Assembly: GCA_028289135.1 (NCBI GenBank)
Contig: JAQGGW010000008.1
Span: 34,385 to 98,384, forward strand
Direction of reading: 5' to 3'
Source of the DNA: Candidatus Saccharimonadota bacterium
GTDB lineage: Bacteria > Patescibacteriota > Saccharimonadia > Saccharimonadales > JACDBH01
Length of the DNA: 64,000 nt
Position numbers and translations under genes: made by a program. A model generated the notes under the pieces. It worked only from the letters and a program-made list of their open reading frames with translations. It was not told the origin of the DNA and searched no databases. How positions within the stretch are numbered: the stretch's first letter is position 1; each line of letters opens with the position of its first letter. Below, piece after piece: positions 1 through 7,244 of the stretch.

Positions 1-25
1 AGCTAAACAATATAAGGAGCAAGTA

Positions 26-436
26 ATGGGATACATATTTATTGCCGGCTACATTTTACTGGTAGGTATCGCTACGTTCTTAATGAAGGTCAGCCTAAAA
101 AGTCTTAGCCCATACCAGCTAAATTTCCTGATGGGCATCGGCATGCTTATCACCGGACTTCCAGCACTATTAATCGCTCATAGGTCTTTTAAAATGCCGG
201 TCAAAGAACTGCCGATGGGCATAGTTATTGGCATCATGATGGCCGTAGGCTCTATCCTGTTTGTGCTGGCAATTAACAAACTATCGGCTAGTGTTGCCTC
301 CGTCATGGCAGCAACCTATGTTGGCGTAGTAATTATTCTTTCGTGGCTTTTTCTCAAAGAAAGTTTTGATGCGATTAAGTTAGTTGGTGTTGCTTTAACG
401 TTTATCGGCGCACTGCTACTAACATACAAGGCTTAG
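26..436 (+). CDS. small EamA/DMT-type membrane transporter (half-size, multi-TM)
   Basis: 136-aa ORF made almost entirely of hydrophobic helices. AAGGAG lies 6 nt upstream of the ATG. The layout resembles single-EamA-domain drug/metabolite transporters. Confidence 0.6.
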   Translation: MGYIFIAGYILLVGIATFLMKVSLKSLSPYQLNFLMGIGMLITGLPALLIAHRSFKMPVKELPMGIVIGIMMAVGSILFVLAINKLSASVASVMAATYVGVVIILSWLFLKESFDAIKLVGVALTFIGALLLTYKA

Positions 437-1036
437 TTATAATTCGGCAACAACGCGGGCGGGTGCCCCGTCTAGGCCAAGTTTTATTGGCAAGGCGTAG
501 AGCTTAAACTCTTTACCAATTAGCTGTATCATATTTGTAAGGTTTTCGATGATTAATATATCGTTTCCAAGCAAAATTTTATGTATCGGAAAGTCATCTT
601 TATTATCAACGCTGCAGGCATCAAGCCCTACCATTTTTAGCTTTTTAGTGACGAGGTAATTTGCAACTTCTTCTGACATGACTGGGTAGTTTTCGTAATA
701 GGCTTTATCAAAATATTTATCACTCATTTTTGTGCAAAACAGCACTATTCCGCCTTCTTGAATACCGGCCGTTTTTACTGCGTCAAAACCGTCTGAAACA
801 TCAATGCACTGGGCACTGCCCGCAAAACGATCCAGCTCAAACTTATCCAATGATTTCCCGCTCTCAATCATATGCATAGGCGCGTCAATATGCGTCCCGA
901 CATGCGTACCAACAGAAACGTAGTGGTCACACCAACCATCCTTTGCCAGCACACCAGCGGGCTTGATAGCTGTCTTTGGGTCGCCAGGATAAACGGGCGT
1001 TTGTTCATTTAGCAGGACAGAGAGGTCTATAAACAT
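437..1036 (-). CDS. cyclase-family protein (kynurenine/arylformamidase-like)
   Basis: 199 aa with the motif VGTHVGTHIDAPMHM (HxGTHxDxPxH metal site) and a DxS..D tail, typical of the putative cyclase / formamidase family. Confidence 0.7.
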   Translation of the reverse strand: MFIDLSVLLNEQTPVYPGDPKTAIKPAGVLAKDGWCDHYVSVGTHVGTHIDAPMHMIESGKSLDKFELDRFAGSAQCIDVSDGFDAVKTAGIQEGGIVLFCTKMSDKYFDKAYYENYPVMSEEVANYLVTKKLKMVGLDACSVDNKDDFPIHKILLGNDILIIENLTNMIQLIGKEFKLYALPIKLGLDGAPARVVAEL

Positions 1037-1066
1037 GTTGGTATTGTAGCAAACGCTTGCTGCTAT

Positions 1067-1582
1067 TTAATCGATTTGTATAATCCCTAAAAGAGCTTCC
1101 ATTTTGTTTGTTGAATCAATAAATGCGAACCCATCATCTTTGATATCTTCACGCCCCTCGTATTTATGCGTTACTTGCTGCATTTGATTGGCATCATAAA
1201 TCATCACGATGTCGATACGGACTGGGTAGCCATGGATGGCTTTGGCGCTGTGATAAAAACCCCATACTATTTTAGAAAAAACTTCACTTCCGGGCGTGAT
1301 AGTTTCGGGGAATGCGAAAAGGTCGATATGCTTGCCTTCTACATTTTCGTACCTATCGCCTGTTCTTTGTGGGTCATACCGGTCTGTACCAGTTTTCTGG
1401 ATTATCTCAACAAGTTCATCAACGGTTTTACCTTGGTGTTCAGATGATGCTACACCGCGTACCAAAATTGATTTGCCCATAAAGTTTTTCTTTAATTCGT
1501 CGTCAACTATTTTCCCAATAGCTTTGTCGTCCGGCTCAGAATCAACGGTATATTGCGGGATATTTAACTTGATGAGCTTCAT
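1067..1582 (-). CDS. hypothetical protein
   Basis: 171-aa ORF with balanced, protein-like composition. The overlapping plus-strand ORFs look like antisense shadows. No recognisable motif. Confidence 0.5.
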   Translation of the reverse strand: MKLIKLNIPQYTVDSEPDDKAIGKIVDDELKKNFMGKSILVRGVASSEHQGKTVDELVEIIQKTGTDRYDPQRTGDRYENVEGKHIDLFAFPETITPGSEVFSKIVWGFYHSAKAIHGYPVRIDIVMIYDANQMQQVTHKYEGREDIKDDGFAFIDSTNKMEALLGIIQID

Positions 1583-1632
1583 GACATCATCATAGCAAAT
1601 GTTTAAATCCAGTTAGCATGGCCTTACAAGGC

Positions 1633-2253
1633 TTAACCACCGCAGCCACAAGATGTATATTTCTTGTATGACACATGGCTTAAATCTACTGCTTGCATAG
1701 AATCAAAGACTTGGTCCCAATTGTAATCAAGATATTTAACTATAACAGAGTCATTTACCTGAATATTAATATCGGTTTTTCCCTCAGTCCAGCTAAGCTC
1801 CAGGCCGAATGGCTTGCTATTATAATTGTTATACCAAATGCGGTATGAGCGACCTTTGGGTGTTTGGTGGATAGCGCAAAATCCACCATAGCCCCGGCAA
1901 GTTACCGTATCAGGTGCTGAGTCCGTCTTTTGGTTTTCATTAATTGTTAAGTCCTTACTGTTTAGCAATAATGAGTAGTGAAAGTCCCAGATATCCATAC
2001 CGGGAATATGTTGCCTGGTTAATGATTGCCCTGTGATTTTAATATTGTTAGGCAATACGGTAGGTCTGTAGCCTGCAAAACCCGGATGCGCAGGGGCGCC
2101 GAAACCAACGTAGGTGTCGTACATAAAAAACGAGATAACTACGACTATCAAGGTTAATATAGCCACGGCAGTCCATATAATAATCTTAGTGGGCTTTTTT
2201 AGTTGTTTAAATCTAGATAGTAACTTCATTTGGCTAAATTTCTCCGGCTTCAA
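1633..2253 (-). CDS. hypothetical N-terminally membrane-anchored protein
   Basis: 206 aa with a basic N-terminus followed by one TM helix (IIIWTAVAILTLIVVVISFFMY). The extracytoplasmic domain ends in ...SCGCGG. No family recognised. Confidence 0.5.
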   Translation of the reverse strand: MKPEKFSQMKLLSRFKQLKKPTKIIIWTAVAILTLIVVVISFFMYDTYVGFGAPAHPGFAGYRPTVLPNNIKITGQSLTRQHIPGMDIWDFHYSLLLNSKDLTINENQKTDSAPDTVTCRGYGGFCAIHQTPKGRSYRIWYNNYNSKPFGLELSWTEGKTDINIQVNDSVIVKYLDYNWDQVFDSMQAVDLSHVSYKKYTSCGCGG

Positions 2254-2386
2254 TTAATCTTGGGTCTATTTGCATACCTTAATCTTAGCAGTTGTATATT
2301 CGGGATTGGGTAACCCTTCGTGTCTATGGTCCATGCCGTACAATGAAGCCGTATGCCAAAGAGTTAAAAACTGCCCAAAATTAGAA

Positions 2387-2406
2387 GAACACCCCGAAGA
2401 GTGTTC
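2387..2406 (-). terminator. candidate intrinsic terminator downstream of the DUF3800 gene
   Basis: On the minus strand GAACACTC-TTCG-GGGTGTTC forms an 8-bp stem (one G.U) with a UUCG loop, followed by TTCTAATTTTGG. The plus-strand version has a C/A mismatch, which favours minus-strand function. Confidence 0.55.
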
Positions 2407-2497
2407 GTTGTTGCGTCCGTGTTAGTAATAAATTACTAAACTCGTTCGGCTTACACTACTGATATTATACAGAACCATATAATACATTACAAGAACA

Positions 2498-3130
2498 TTA
2501 TTTTCCAAATTTACCAACTGGGAACTCAATGATCTCCTCTATTCTTGGAGCAACAATGCTTAAAAGGTGTTTGTTATTATCGGCATACCTCCTGTAAGCC
2601 ACATGAGTTAAAAGATCAGCCGCCTGCAGACAATAAACAAGATGCGATTCTTTTCTTTTGACCTCAAGTTTGTGAGTAAATCCCCAATCTACGGCCGCTT
2701 TTATCATAAGGTAATCTGCGATTGAGGTTAGGGAGGTCTGCTTCACGTCTCGTGCATCAAAGGTTATGGTTATGTCATCATTGTACTTTTTAAGTATTCG
2801 TTTTATTAGAACCCCGCTAAGATACATATAGTCCAGGTTAGTACCAAGCCCTGTTTTAAGGTGTTTTTTATCAAGAGCCATGATGAAAATCTCATGATCA
2901 GTTCTTAAGGCAACTTTGTTAAGCAACGTTTGTAGCTGCTCAAAGGACAAACTGCTACTTTTAATTTCTCTAAGAGGAATACCGTCTTCGCTAAATTTTA
3001 AACATGCTTTTTTGAAGATTCTTTTGAGTCTTTCCTTTGAATGCGGCTCGGAACAAACCACAGCAGAAATAATAAAATATTTCCCTCGCTTCCCTTGGTT
3101 GCCTGACTCATCAATAAATACTTCAATCAT
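2498..3130 (-). CDS. DUF3800-family protein
   Basis: 210 aa starting MIEVFIDESGN..., the characteristic N-terminal DExG motif of DUF3800 proteins. It lies in a visibly AT-rich patch. Confidence 0.7.
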   Translation of the reverse strand: MIEVFIDESGNQGKRGKYFIISAVVCSEPHSKERLKRIFKKACLKFSEDGIPLREIKSSSLSFEQLQTLLNKVALRTDHEIFIMALDKKHLKTGLGTNLDYMYLSGVLIKRILKKYNDDITITFDARDVKQTSLTSIADYLMIKAAVDWGFTHKLEVKRKESHLVYCLQAADLLTHVAYRRYADNNKHLLSIVAPRIEEIIEFPVGKFGK

Positions 3131-3253
3131 TAAAATATTATACCATATGCATTATTATCATAATTTTGTTTATAACGCACTCAAAAAAATTTATGTTATA
3201 ATATTATTTACAGATTAAATAAGTTAAAAAAACACATTTTATAATATACTTTT

Positions 3254-3417
3254 AGGACTGAGCAGGCCATGTATCTGTGCGCCGAGTGGACTCGGGCACG
3301 AGACTCATGAACGAACTCAGCGACCTTATCCCGCCTTTGGCGGGACGGTCGACAGTTTCGGGACCAGCCCAGAAGCCAAAGAAAAAGACCCACCTTTCGG
3401 TGAGTCTTTTTCTTTGG
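3254..3417 (+). ncRNA. candidate structured RNA, copy 1 (unknown class), ending in a terminator
   Basis: Nested stems: 3258-3262/3316-3320, 3268-3271/3306-3309 and 3277-3286/3291-3299. A second hairpin pairs 3321-3325/3347-3351 and 3329-3335/3339-3345. A terminator hairpin follows. It is homologous to 3765-3926 with compensatory changes. TATAAT at 3240-3245 would place a start near 3253-3254. Confidence 0.4.
3376..3417. terminator. bidirectional intrinsic terminator-like hairpin
   Basis: CCAAAGAAAAAGAC..GTCTTTTTCTTTGG: an A-tract, a GC core (GACCCACC-TTTC-GGTGAGTC, one mismatch) and a T-tract. It reads as stem plus U-run on both strands. Confidence 0.6.
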
Positions 3418-3445
3418 CTCTCGGTAGTGGACGACGTTAGAACTA

Positions 3446-3715
3446 CTATTCTGGATGTTGTTCATGTCTAAATATGTTTGTGACCGTTGCGATGTGTGTT
3501 GGGGCGGGGCTTATTTCCGGTTCCGTATTTCTAAACGGACAGCTTAAACAGCCCAGAGCATTAGCTATAGTAAGCATCTTATCATTGGTATCAAAATCTA
3601 GAGGAATTAAATCCACACCTTCCGGAAATCTCATGCACTTAAATAATGGTCCGTTTTCCATTGTTCGATTCGGACAATTACGTAGCGCCTTAAGTGCTTT
3701 CCTATCTTCAAACAT
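3446..3715 (-). CDS. hypothetical small Cys-containing protein (start uncertain)
   Basis: The ORF track gives 3446..3784. The internal Met (MFEDRKALKALRNCPNRT...) avoids overlap with RNA-like copy 2. Composition is more protein-like than the antisense 3474..3740 ORF. There is no SD and no family. Confidence 0.3.
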   Translation of the reverse strand: MFEDRKALKALRNCPNRTMENGPLFKCMRFPEGVDLIPLDFDTNDKMLTIANALGCLSCPFRNTEPEISPAPTHIATVTNIFRHEQHPE

Positions 3716-3755
3716 AAAACAAAAAATACCACAAAAGTGATATTTTGTAAAGTCC

Positions 3756-3774
3756 TTGGCTCGGGGGACTGGGC
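3756..3774. repeat. 19-nt exact duplicate of the tRNA-Asn 3' end (att-like direct repeat)
   Basis: ttggctcgggggactgggc at 3756-3774 is identical to 3923-3941. That span is the complement of the last 16 nt of tRNA-Asn, its encoded CCA, and one flanking nt. Confidence 0.8.
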
Positions 3775-3926
3775 AAGGCGGCAAATCTGTGCGCCGAGAG
3801 GCTCGGGCACGAGACTTGCCAACGAACCTAGCGACCTTAAATTTTGCCAGAGCAAAATTTGGTCGCTGGTCGGGCCAATCTCAGAGCCAAATAAAAACCA
3901 CCTCCGGAGAGGTGGATTTTATTTGG
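3765..3926 (+). ncRNA. candidate structured RNA, copy 2 (paralog of 3254-3417)
   Basis: Same architecture as copy 1: stems 3769-3773/3827-3831 (contains a G.U that would be A/C on the minus strand), 3780-3784/3816-3820 and 3789-3798/3802-3810. The second hairpin pairs 3830-3838/3861-3867 around AAATTTTGC/GCAAAATTT. A terminator lies at 3887-3926. Confidence 0.4.
3887..3926. terminator. bidirectional intrinsic terminator between RNA-like copy 2 and tRNA-Asn
   Basis: CCAAATAAAA-A-CCACCTC-CGGA-GAGGTGG-A-TTTTATTTGG: a perfect 7-bp GC core flanked by complementary A and T tracts. It abuts the 3' end of the tRNA. Confidence 0.7.
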
Positions 3927-3998
3927 CTCGGGGGACTGGGCTCGAACCAGCGACCTAGACGTTAACAGCGTCCCGCTCTACCACTGAGCTACCCCCGA
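3924..3998 (-). tRNA. tRNA-Asn (anticodon GTT) with encoded CCA
   Basis: The reverse complement reads TCGGGGG-TA-GCTC-AGTGGTA-GAGC-G-GGACG-CTGTTAA-CGTCT-AGGTC-GCTGG-TTCGAGC-CCAGT-CCCCCGA-G-CCA. This is a full cloverleaf with a GTT anticodon. Confidence 0.9.
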
Positions 3999-4129
3999 TT
4001 ATACCGCTTTTGCTTGCCGGCAGTTACAACAAGTTACAGAGAGAGATTATAGTTCCTTATCTGTAAATCGTCAATCTGTTTTATGGGACATACTTGCAAT
4101 TATATGCTTTTTATTTTAAAATCTATATT

Positions 4130-4666
4130 ATGATTCATTTGCCTGAGTTTAACTATGTTGGCATTGGAGCCAATAGTGAAGCCGAGATGATAGAGGCAAT
4201 TACCGGTATGCCGCCTCTTAGAATTGGCCAGGCAGCCATTGTTGCAAACGTTGAGCTATGCACTCAAACTATCAAAGAAATCCCGTCCACACCTCCTACG
4301 CCTGGTATGCCTTCAGCCGTTGATGTTTTGACGCGCGGCTGGGGTGAAGATATAAATATGGATAAGTTTGAAGCTTATACGCCAAGACAAATACGGTGGG
4401 CTACAACAAAAGGAACACTTTTTGCGCTAGAACGTGAAGCCTTGGATGCTGTTTGGAATTGGCAGCTAGTCGAATTTGATTGGTTTGAGCCAGTAAGGGT
4501 AGAAGCAGCCCCTGTTACGCGCGGGGAAAGCATACAGGTTTGGACTGAGTTAATTAAAGGAAACCAACCGGTAGCTAGGACCCCTGACGGCAGGAACTAC
4601 CGCCCCTACTTGATGGGTGAAAAGTTAACGCTCGCAAAAGCTGTAAAAGCCCGCTTAGCTGCTTAA
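4130..4666 (+). CDS. hypothetical protein
   Basis: The ORF track starts at a TTG (4094); the ATG at 4130 (MIHLPEFNYVG...) is more plausible. It is Trp-rich, soluble-looking, and has no recognisable family. Confidence 0.5.
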   Translation: MIHLPEFNYVGIGANSEAEMIEAITGMPPLRIGQAAIVANVELCTQTIKEIPSTPPTPGMPSAVDVLTRGWGEDINMDKFEAYTPRQIRWATTKGTLFALEREALDAVWNWQLVEFDWFEPVRVEAAPVTRGESIQVWTELIKGNQPVARTPDGRNYRPYLMGEKLTLAKAVKARLAA

Positions 4667-4672
4667 AACTAG

Positions 4673-5143
4673 TTAACTTTCTGAACCCGCAATCGGCGCG
4701 TTTTCCTTAACCAAAGTAAGCCGTGGCACTAGTGCGCGCACAGCATCGTCAAGACCAAGTACGTGCAGCGCGCCGATTAATACATAGGCATCGTCCATCT
4801 TTTTGGCGGCCGGGGCGGTACTGGCTTCAAGCTCTGCCAGCACGGCGTGGACTTGCTCAACCAACCACTTAGCCTCATGCTCCAAGATCGACGCCGCTTT
4901 GTCGCCAAGGCCCAGCTCAACACCAACGACTTCCAAAGACCGCGCCGAACGGTCGCGCTTGCGCAGATGCCCGCGTTTGATCAAATTGTTAACATGAAGC
5001 GCAACAGTCGCAACAGAGGTGTAGCCAAGCCCGTTCATGATTTCACGATAGCTGGGACTATAACCATTTTCTTTGATAAAAGACTCAATAAAGCCCAAAA
5101 GTTCACGCTGTTTTTTGGTTGGCCGAACGGTATTTGGATCCAT
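4673..5143 (-). CDS. LexA-N-terminal-like winged-helix transcriptional regulator lacking the S24 peptidase domain
   Basis: From Met39 of the ORF: MDPNTVRPTKKQRELLGFIESFIKENGYSPSYREIMNGLGYTSVATVALHVNNLIKRGHLRK matches the LexA DNA-binding domain pattern. The C-terminal ~80 aa are helical with no Ser/Lys protease motifs. A start at 5143 abuts the gtrA-like stop at 5145. Confidence 0.6.
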   Translation of the reverse strand: MDPNTVRPTKKQRELLGFIESFIKENGYSPSYREIMNGLGYTSVATVALHVNNLIKRGHLRKRDRSARSLEVVGVELGLGDKAASILEHEAKWLVEQVHAVLAELEASTAPAAKKMDDAYVLIGALHVLGLDDAVRALVPRLTLVKENAPIAGSES

Positions 5144-5144
5144 A

Positions 5145-5615
5145 TTAACGCTTCCTCCGCGGCTTAACGCCTTTTTTATGACTCTCTGGGAAAACCCAAA
5201 ACCGGTACCAGCAATAGTTCCAAACCGTAAAGAACCCGCTCGATACAAACTGGCCAAGATACGGTGTTAGCCCGGCACTCTTTAGCATAGCAACAATTAA
5301 GTAATCCAGCACAAAATCGACGAGCGTAATAAAAATATAGCGGGCGTTTGTCTTGGCCAAATGTTCTTTGAGGTGCGGGTTTTTAAATACCCAGAAGCGC
5401 TGGAGCAGGTAGTTGATGACCCAGCCAAAAACGTTGGCTGCAAGCTTTGCCCACCAAAGGCTGAGGTGAAGACCCTTGTCGGCCGCAAAAAAGATGAGGT
5501 AGCCAGTCCAGAAATAGGCCCCGCCGCTGATCATATACTCAACGAACTGGATAATAAGGCGCTTTTTGCGCTTTTGCGAGGCCTTGGACGGTTTCGAAGA
5601 TTTGGACGTTTTCAT
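5145..5615 (-). CDS. GtrA-family membrane protein (polyprenyl-sugar handling)
   Basis: 156 aa with a basic N-terminus and 4 TM helices. FVEYMISGGAYFWTGY...VINYLLQRFWVFKN is typical of the GtrA-like family. Confidence 0.7.
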   Translation of the reverse strand: MKTSKSSKPSKASQKRKKRLIIQFVEYMISGGAYFWTGYLIFFAADKGLHLSLWWAKLAANVFGWVINYLLQRFWVFKNPHLKEHLAKTNARYIFITLVDFVLDYLIVAMLKSAGLTPYLGQFVSSGFFTVWNYCWYRFWVFPESHKKGVKPRRKR

Positions 5616-5831
5616 AATTTTCTTAAAATTCGTTACGGCTTACGTACAATAGTGCAGTCCAGGATGAAAGCCGAGCACAAAAGTTGAGATGTATTTAACA
5701 TACATTGAGACTTTTTGACGCAGGCTTTCGCCTGGAATGTGCATTGTACGTAAGCCATAACTAAGAGCTTACGGTTATCTAATGGTAGCATATGCCTAGG
5801 TGCTTGAGATACAATACCCCTATAAATACTC

Positions 5832-7223
5832 ATGAAAAAACTTGACCTGCATAAACTCCGATTCTGGCTTTTTACCACCCTGCTAGTTACCGCGCCCCTG
5901 TCAAAATATCCTTCCATAGCCTCCCCGCTGTACAATTTTAGCTCTTTTAGGATCGGTTTTTACCCTGTTCTGTCCCTGTTATTTGTACTTTGCACTTTCC
6001 CATTTAGTCTCAAATCGTTATCAAAGCTATACCAGCAGTCCCGTACTAGCATTTTAAGTATTGCAGTATTAGTATTTGTATCTCTTATGGGACTGACGAC
6101 AGCAATATATAAAGCCCGCTCTATCCTTTTGGTGTTATCCGTATTGATGCTGCTTTGTTTGCTTGTATCGGCATGGTCATACATTAAAAGTGAACTCTCT
6201 CCTAACAAATACCCTCAACTCGTTAAAGCAGTCTTGATTGCAGGGTGCGTTTATGGAGTAGTTTCCGTGCTTCAATTTAGTTTTGCGGGCTTTGGCCACG
6301 AATCTTTTGGCCTGTTATGTAGTGGCTGTAACAGCCAGGTGTTTGGCTTCCCTCGTATTAGTGGTTTTGCTGCCGAGCCGCAGTTCCACGCGAATGCTCT
6401 TTTGATTTACTACTTTATTGGACTGGGTGTTTTTTATAGCTCACGCTCAAGGCTTGCGCTTAGCTCCGCTGTTTTGTCACTAATTGGGATTGGTCTAACA
6501 TTTTCCAGAGGAGCCTACTTAGCAGCCGGCCTCAGCTCTGTACTCTTTTTTATTTTGCTACGCCTACAGAAGCTGGTACAAATAAAGACCGTTGCATTGC
6601 ATTTCGGCATACTAGTTGTTGCCGTATTTATTGTGGCCGGCTTGTTTATCGCCTCTTCAAGCTACCGCTACCGTTCTACGCCGGATATAGCCTATAAAAC
6701 CTTCCGTAGTATGGTGCAGCAGGCGAGTCTGAATGTAATAAAACTACCTGAGAGCAAAAGTACTATCGGCTTTATGCCTTCTGGTTTGGTACAGGCATCA
6801 GGACAGGAGCGGATAGGCGCAGCAAACTTGGCTATTAAAGCCTGGAACTTTAACTTTCGCACAAGAGTGTTTGGGGTCGGACTTGGTAACTTAGGTCCGT
6901 TTACTATCCAAAATATCTCTGCGAACGTTCCTGAAAACCTTACTGTTTATATATACTACATCCTAGTTCTGAGCGAGCTTGGGATTGTAGGACTTTTTGC
7001 ACTCCTAAGTATGTTTGCGGGTACGCTTAAAGGTTTTATGAAACGATTTTGGAATAGTAAGAATGCGGCTGTGTATTCTGGCATATTTTGCCTTGGTATA
7101 GCGTTTTTAATACAATATTGCTTCTTCGGCAGCTATATTAATGTGCCTTACATTTGGCTCTGGTTCGGAATAATCCTTGGGCTTAGTCCAAAAGTGCGTA
7201 ATAGCGCTACACTTGAGATCTAA
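5832..7223 (+). CDS. O-antigen ligase/polymerase-like (Wzy_C domain) polytopic membrane protein
   Basis: 463 aa with more than 10 TM helices. The central TFSRGAYLAAGLSS motif and following loop are typical of the Wzy_C / WaaL / PglL family. Confidence 0.65.
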   Translation: MKKLDLHKLRFWLFTTLLVTAPLSKYPSIASPLYNFSSFRIGFYPVLSLLFVLCTFPFSLKSLSKLYQQSRTSILSIAVLVFVSLMGLTTAIYKARSILLVLSVLMLLCLLVSAWSYIKSELSPNKYPQLVKAVLIAGCVYGVVSVLQFSFAGFGHESFGLLCSGCNSQVFGFPRISGFAAEPQFHANALLIYYFIGLGVFYSSRSRLALSSAVLSLIGIGLTFSRGAYLAAGLSSVLFFILLRLQKLVQIKTVALHFGILVVAVFIVAGLFIASSSYRYRSTPDIAYKTFRSMVQQASLNVIKLPESKSTIGFMPSGLVQASGQERIGAANLAIKAWNFNFRTRVFGVGLGNLGPFTIQNISANVPENLTVYIYYILVLSELGIVGLFALLSMFAGTLKGFMKRFWNSKNAAVYSGIFCLGIAFLIQYCFFGSYINVPYIWLWFGIILGLSPKVRNSATLEI

Positions 7224-7244
7224 TATATAATCAGGCTTCTCTGG

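Noticed and set aside
3474-3740. 88-aa plus-strand ORF between the two RNA-like elements, considered as a riboswitch-controlled gene or type I toxin.
   Set aside because: It is antisense to the more protein-like minus-strand ORF. Its composition is Ser/Leu/Gly/Ile-heavy, and copy 2 of the RNA element has no equivalent downstream plus-strand gene. A riboswitch-leader model therefore does not fit both copies.
3765-3926. RNA-like copy 2 read on the minus strand as a second tRNA (Asn-like) with a ~50-nt insertion in the T-loop, or as a tmRNA/SRP/RNase P/6S RNA.
   Set aside because: There is no 5' acceptor strand, D-arm or anticodon arm. The minus-strand reading creates an A/C mismatch where the plus strand has G.U. 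No tmRNA tag frame with a stop, SRP domain IV motif or RNase P core motifs were found by eye.
4673-5257. Extended N-termini given by the ORF track for several genes: 4673..5257, 4094..4666, 14320..16365, 20634..21836, 34590..35966, 43617..44360 and 44285..46393.
   Set aside because: The extensions overlap upstream genes or lack ribosome-binding sites. Internal starts give canonical N-termini, signal peptides or SD sequences, so the shorter coordinates were used.
5821-5834. TATAAAT immediately upstream of the ATG at 5832, considered as another leaderless promoter.
   Set aside because: There is no acceptable -35 element at 16-19 nt spacing, and the background is AT-rich. The evidence is too weak to call.
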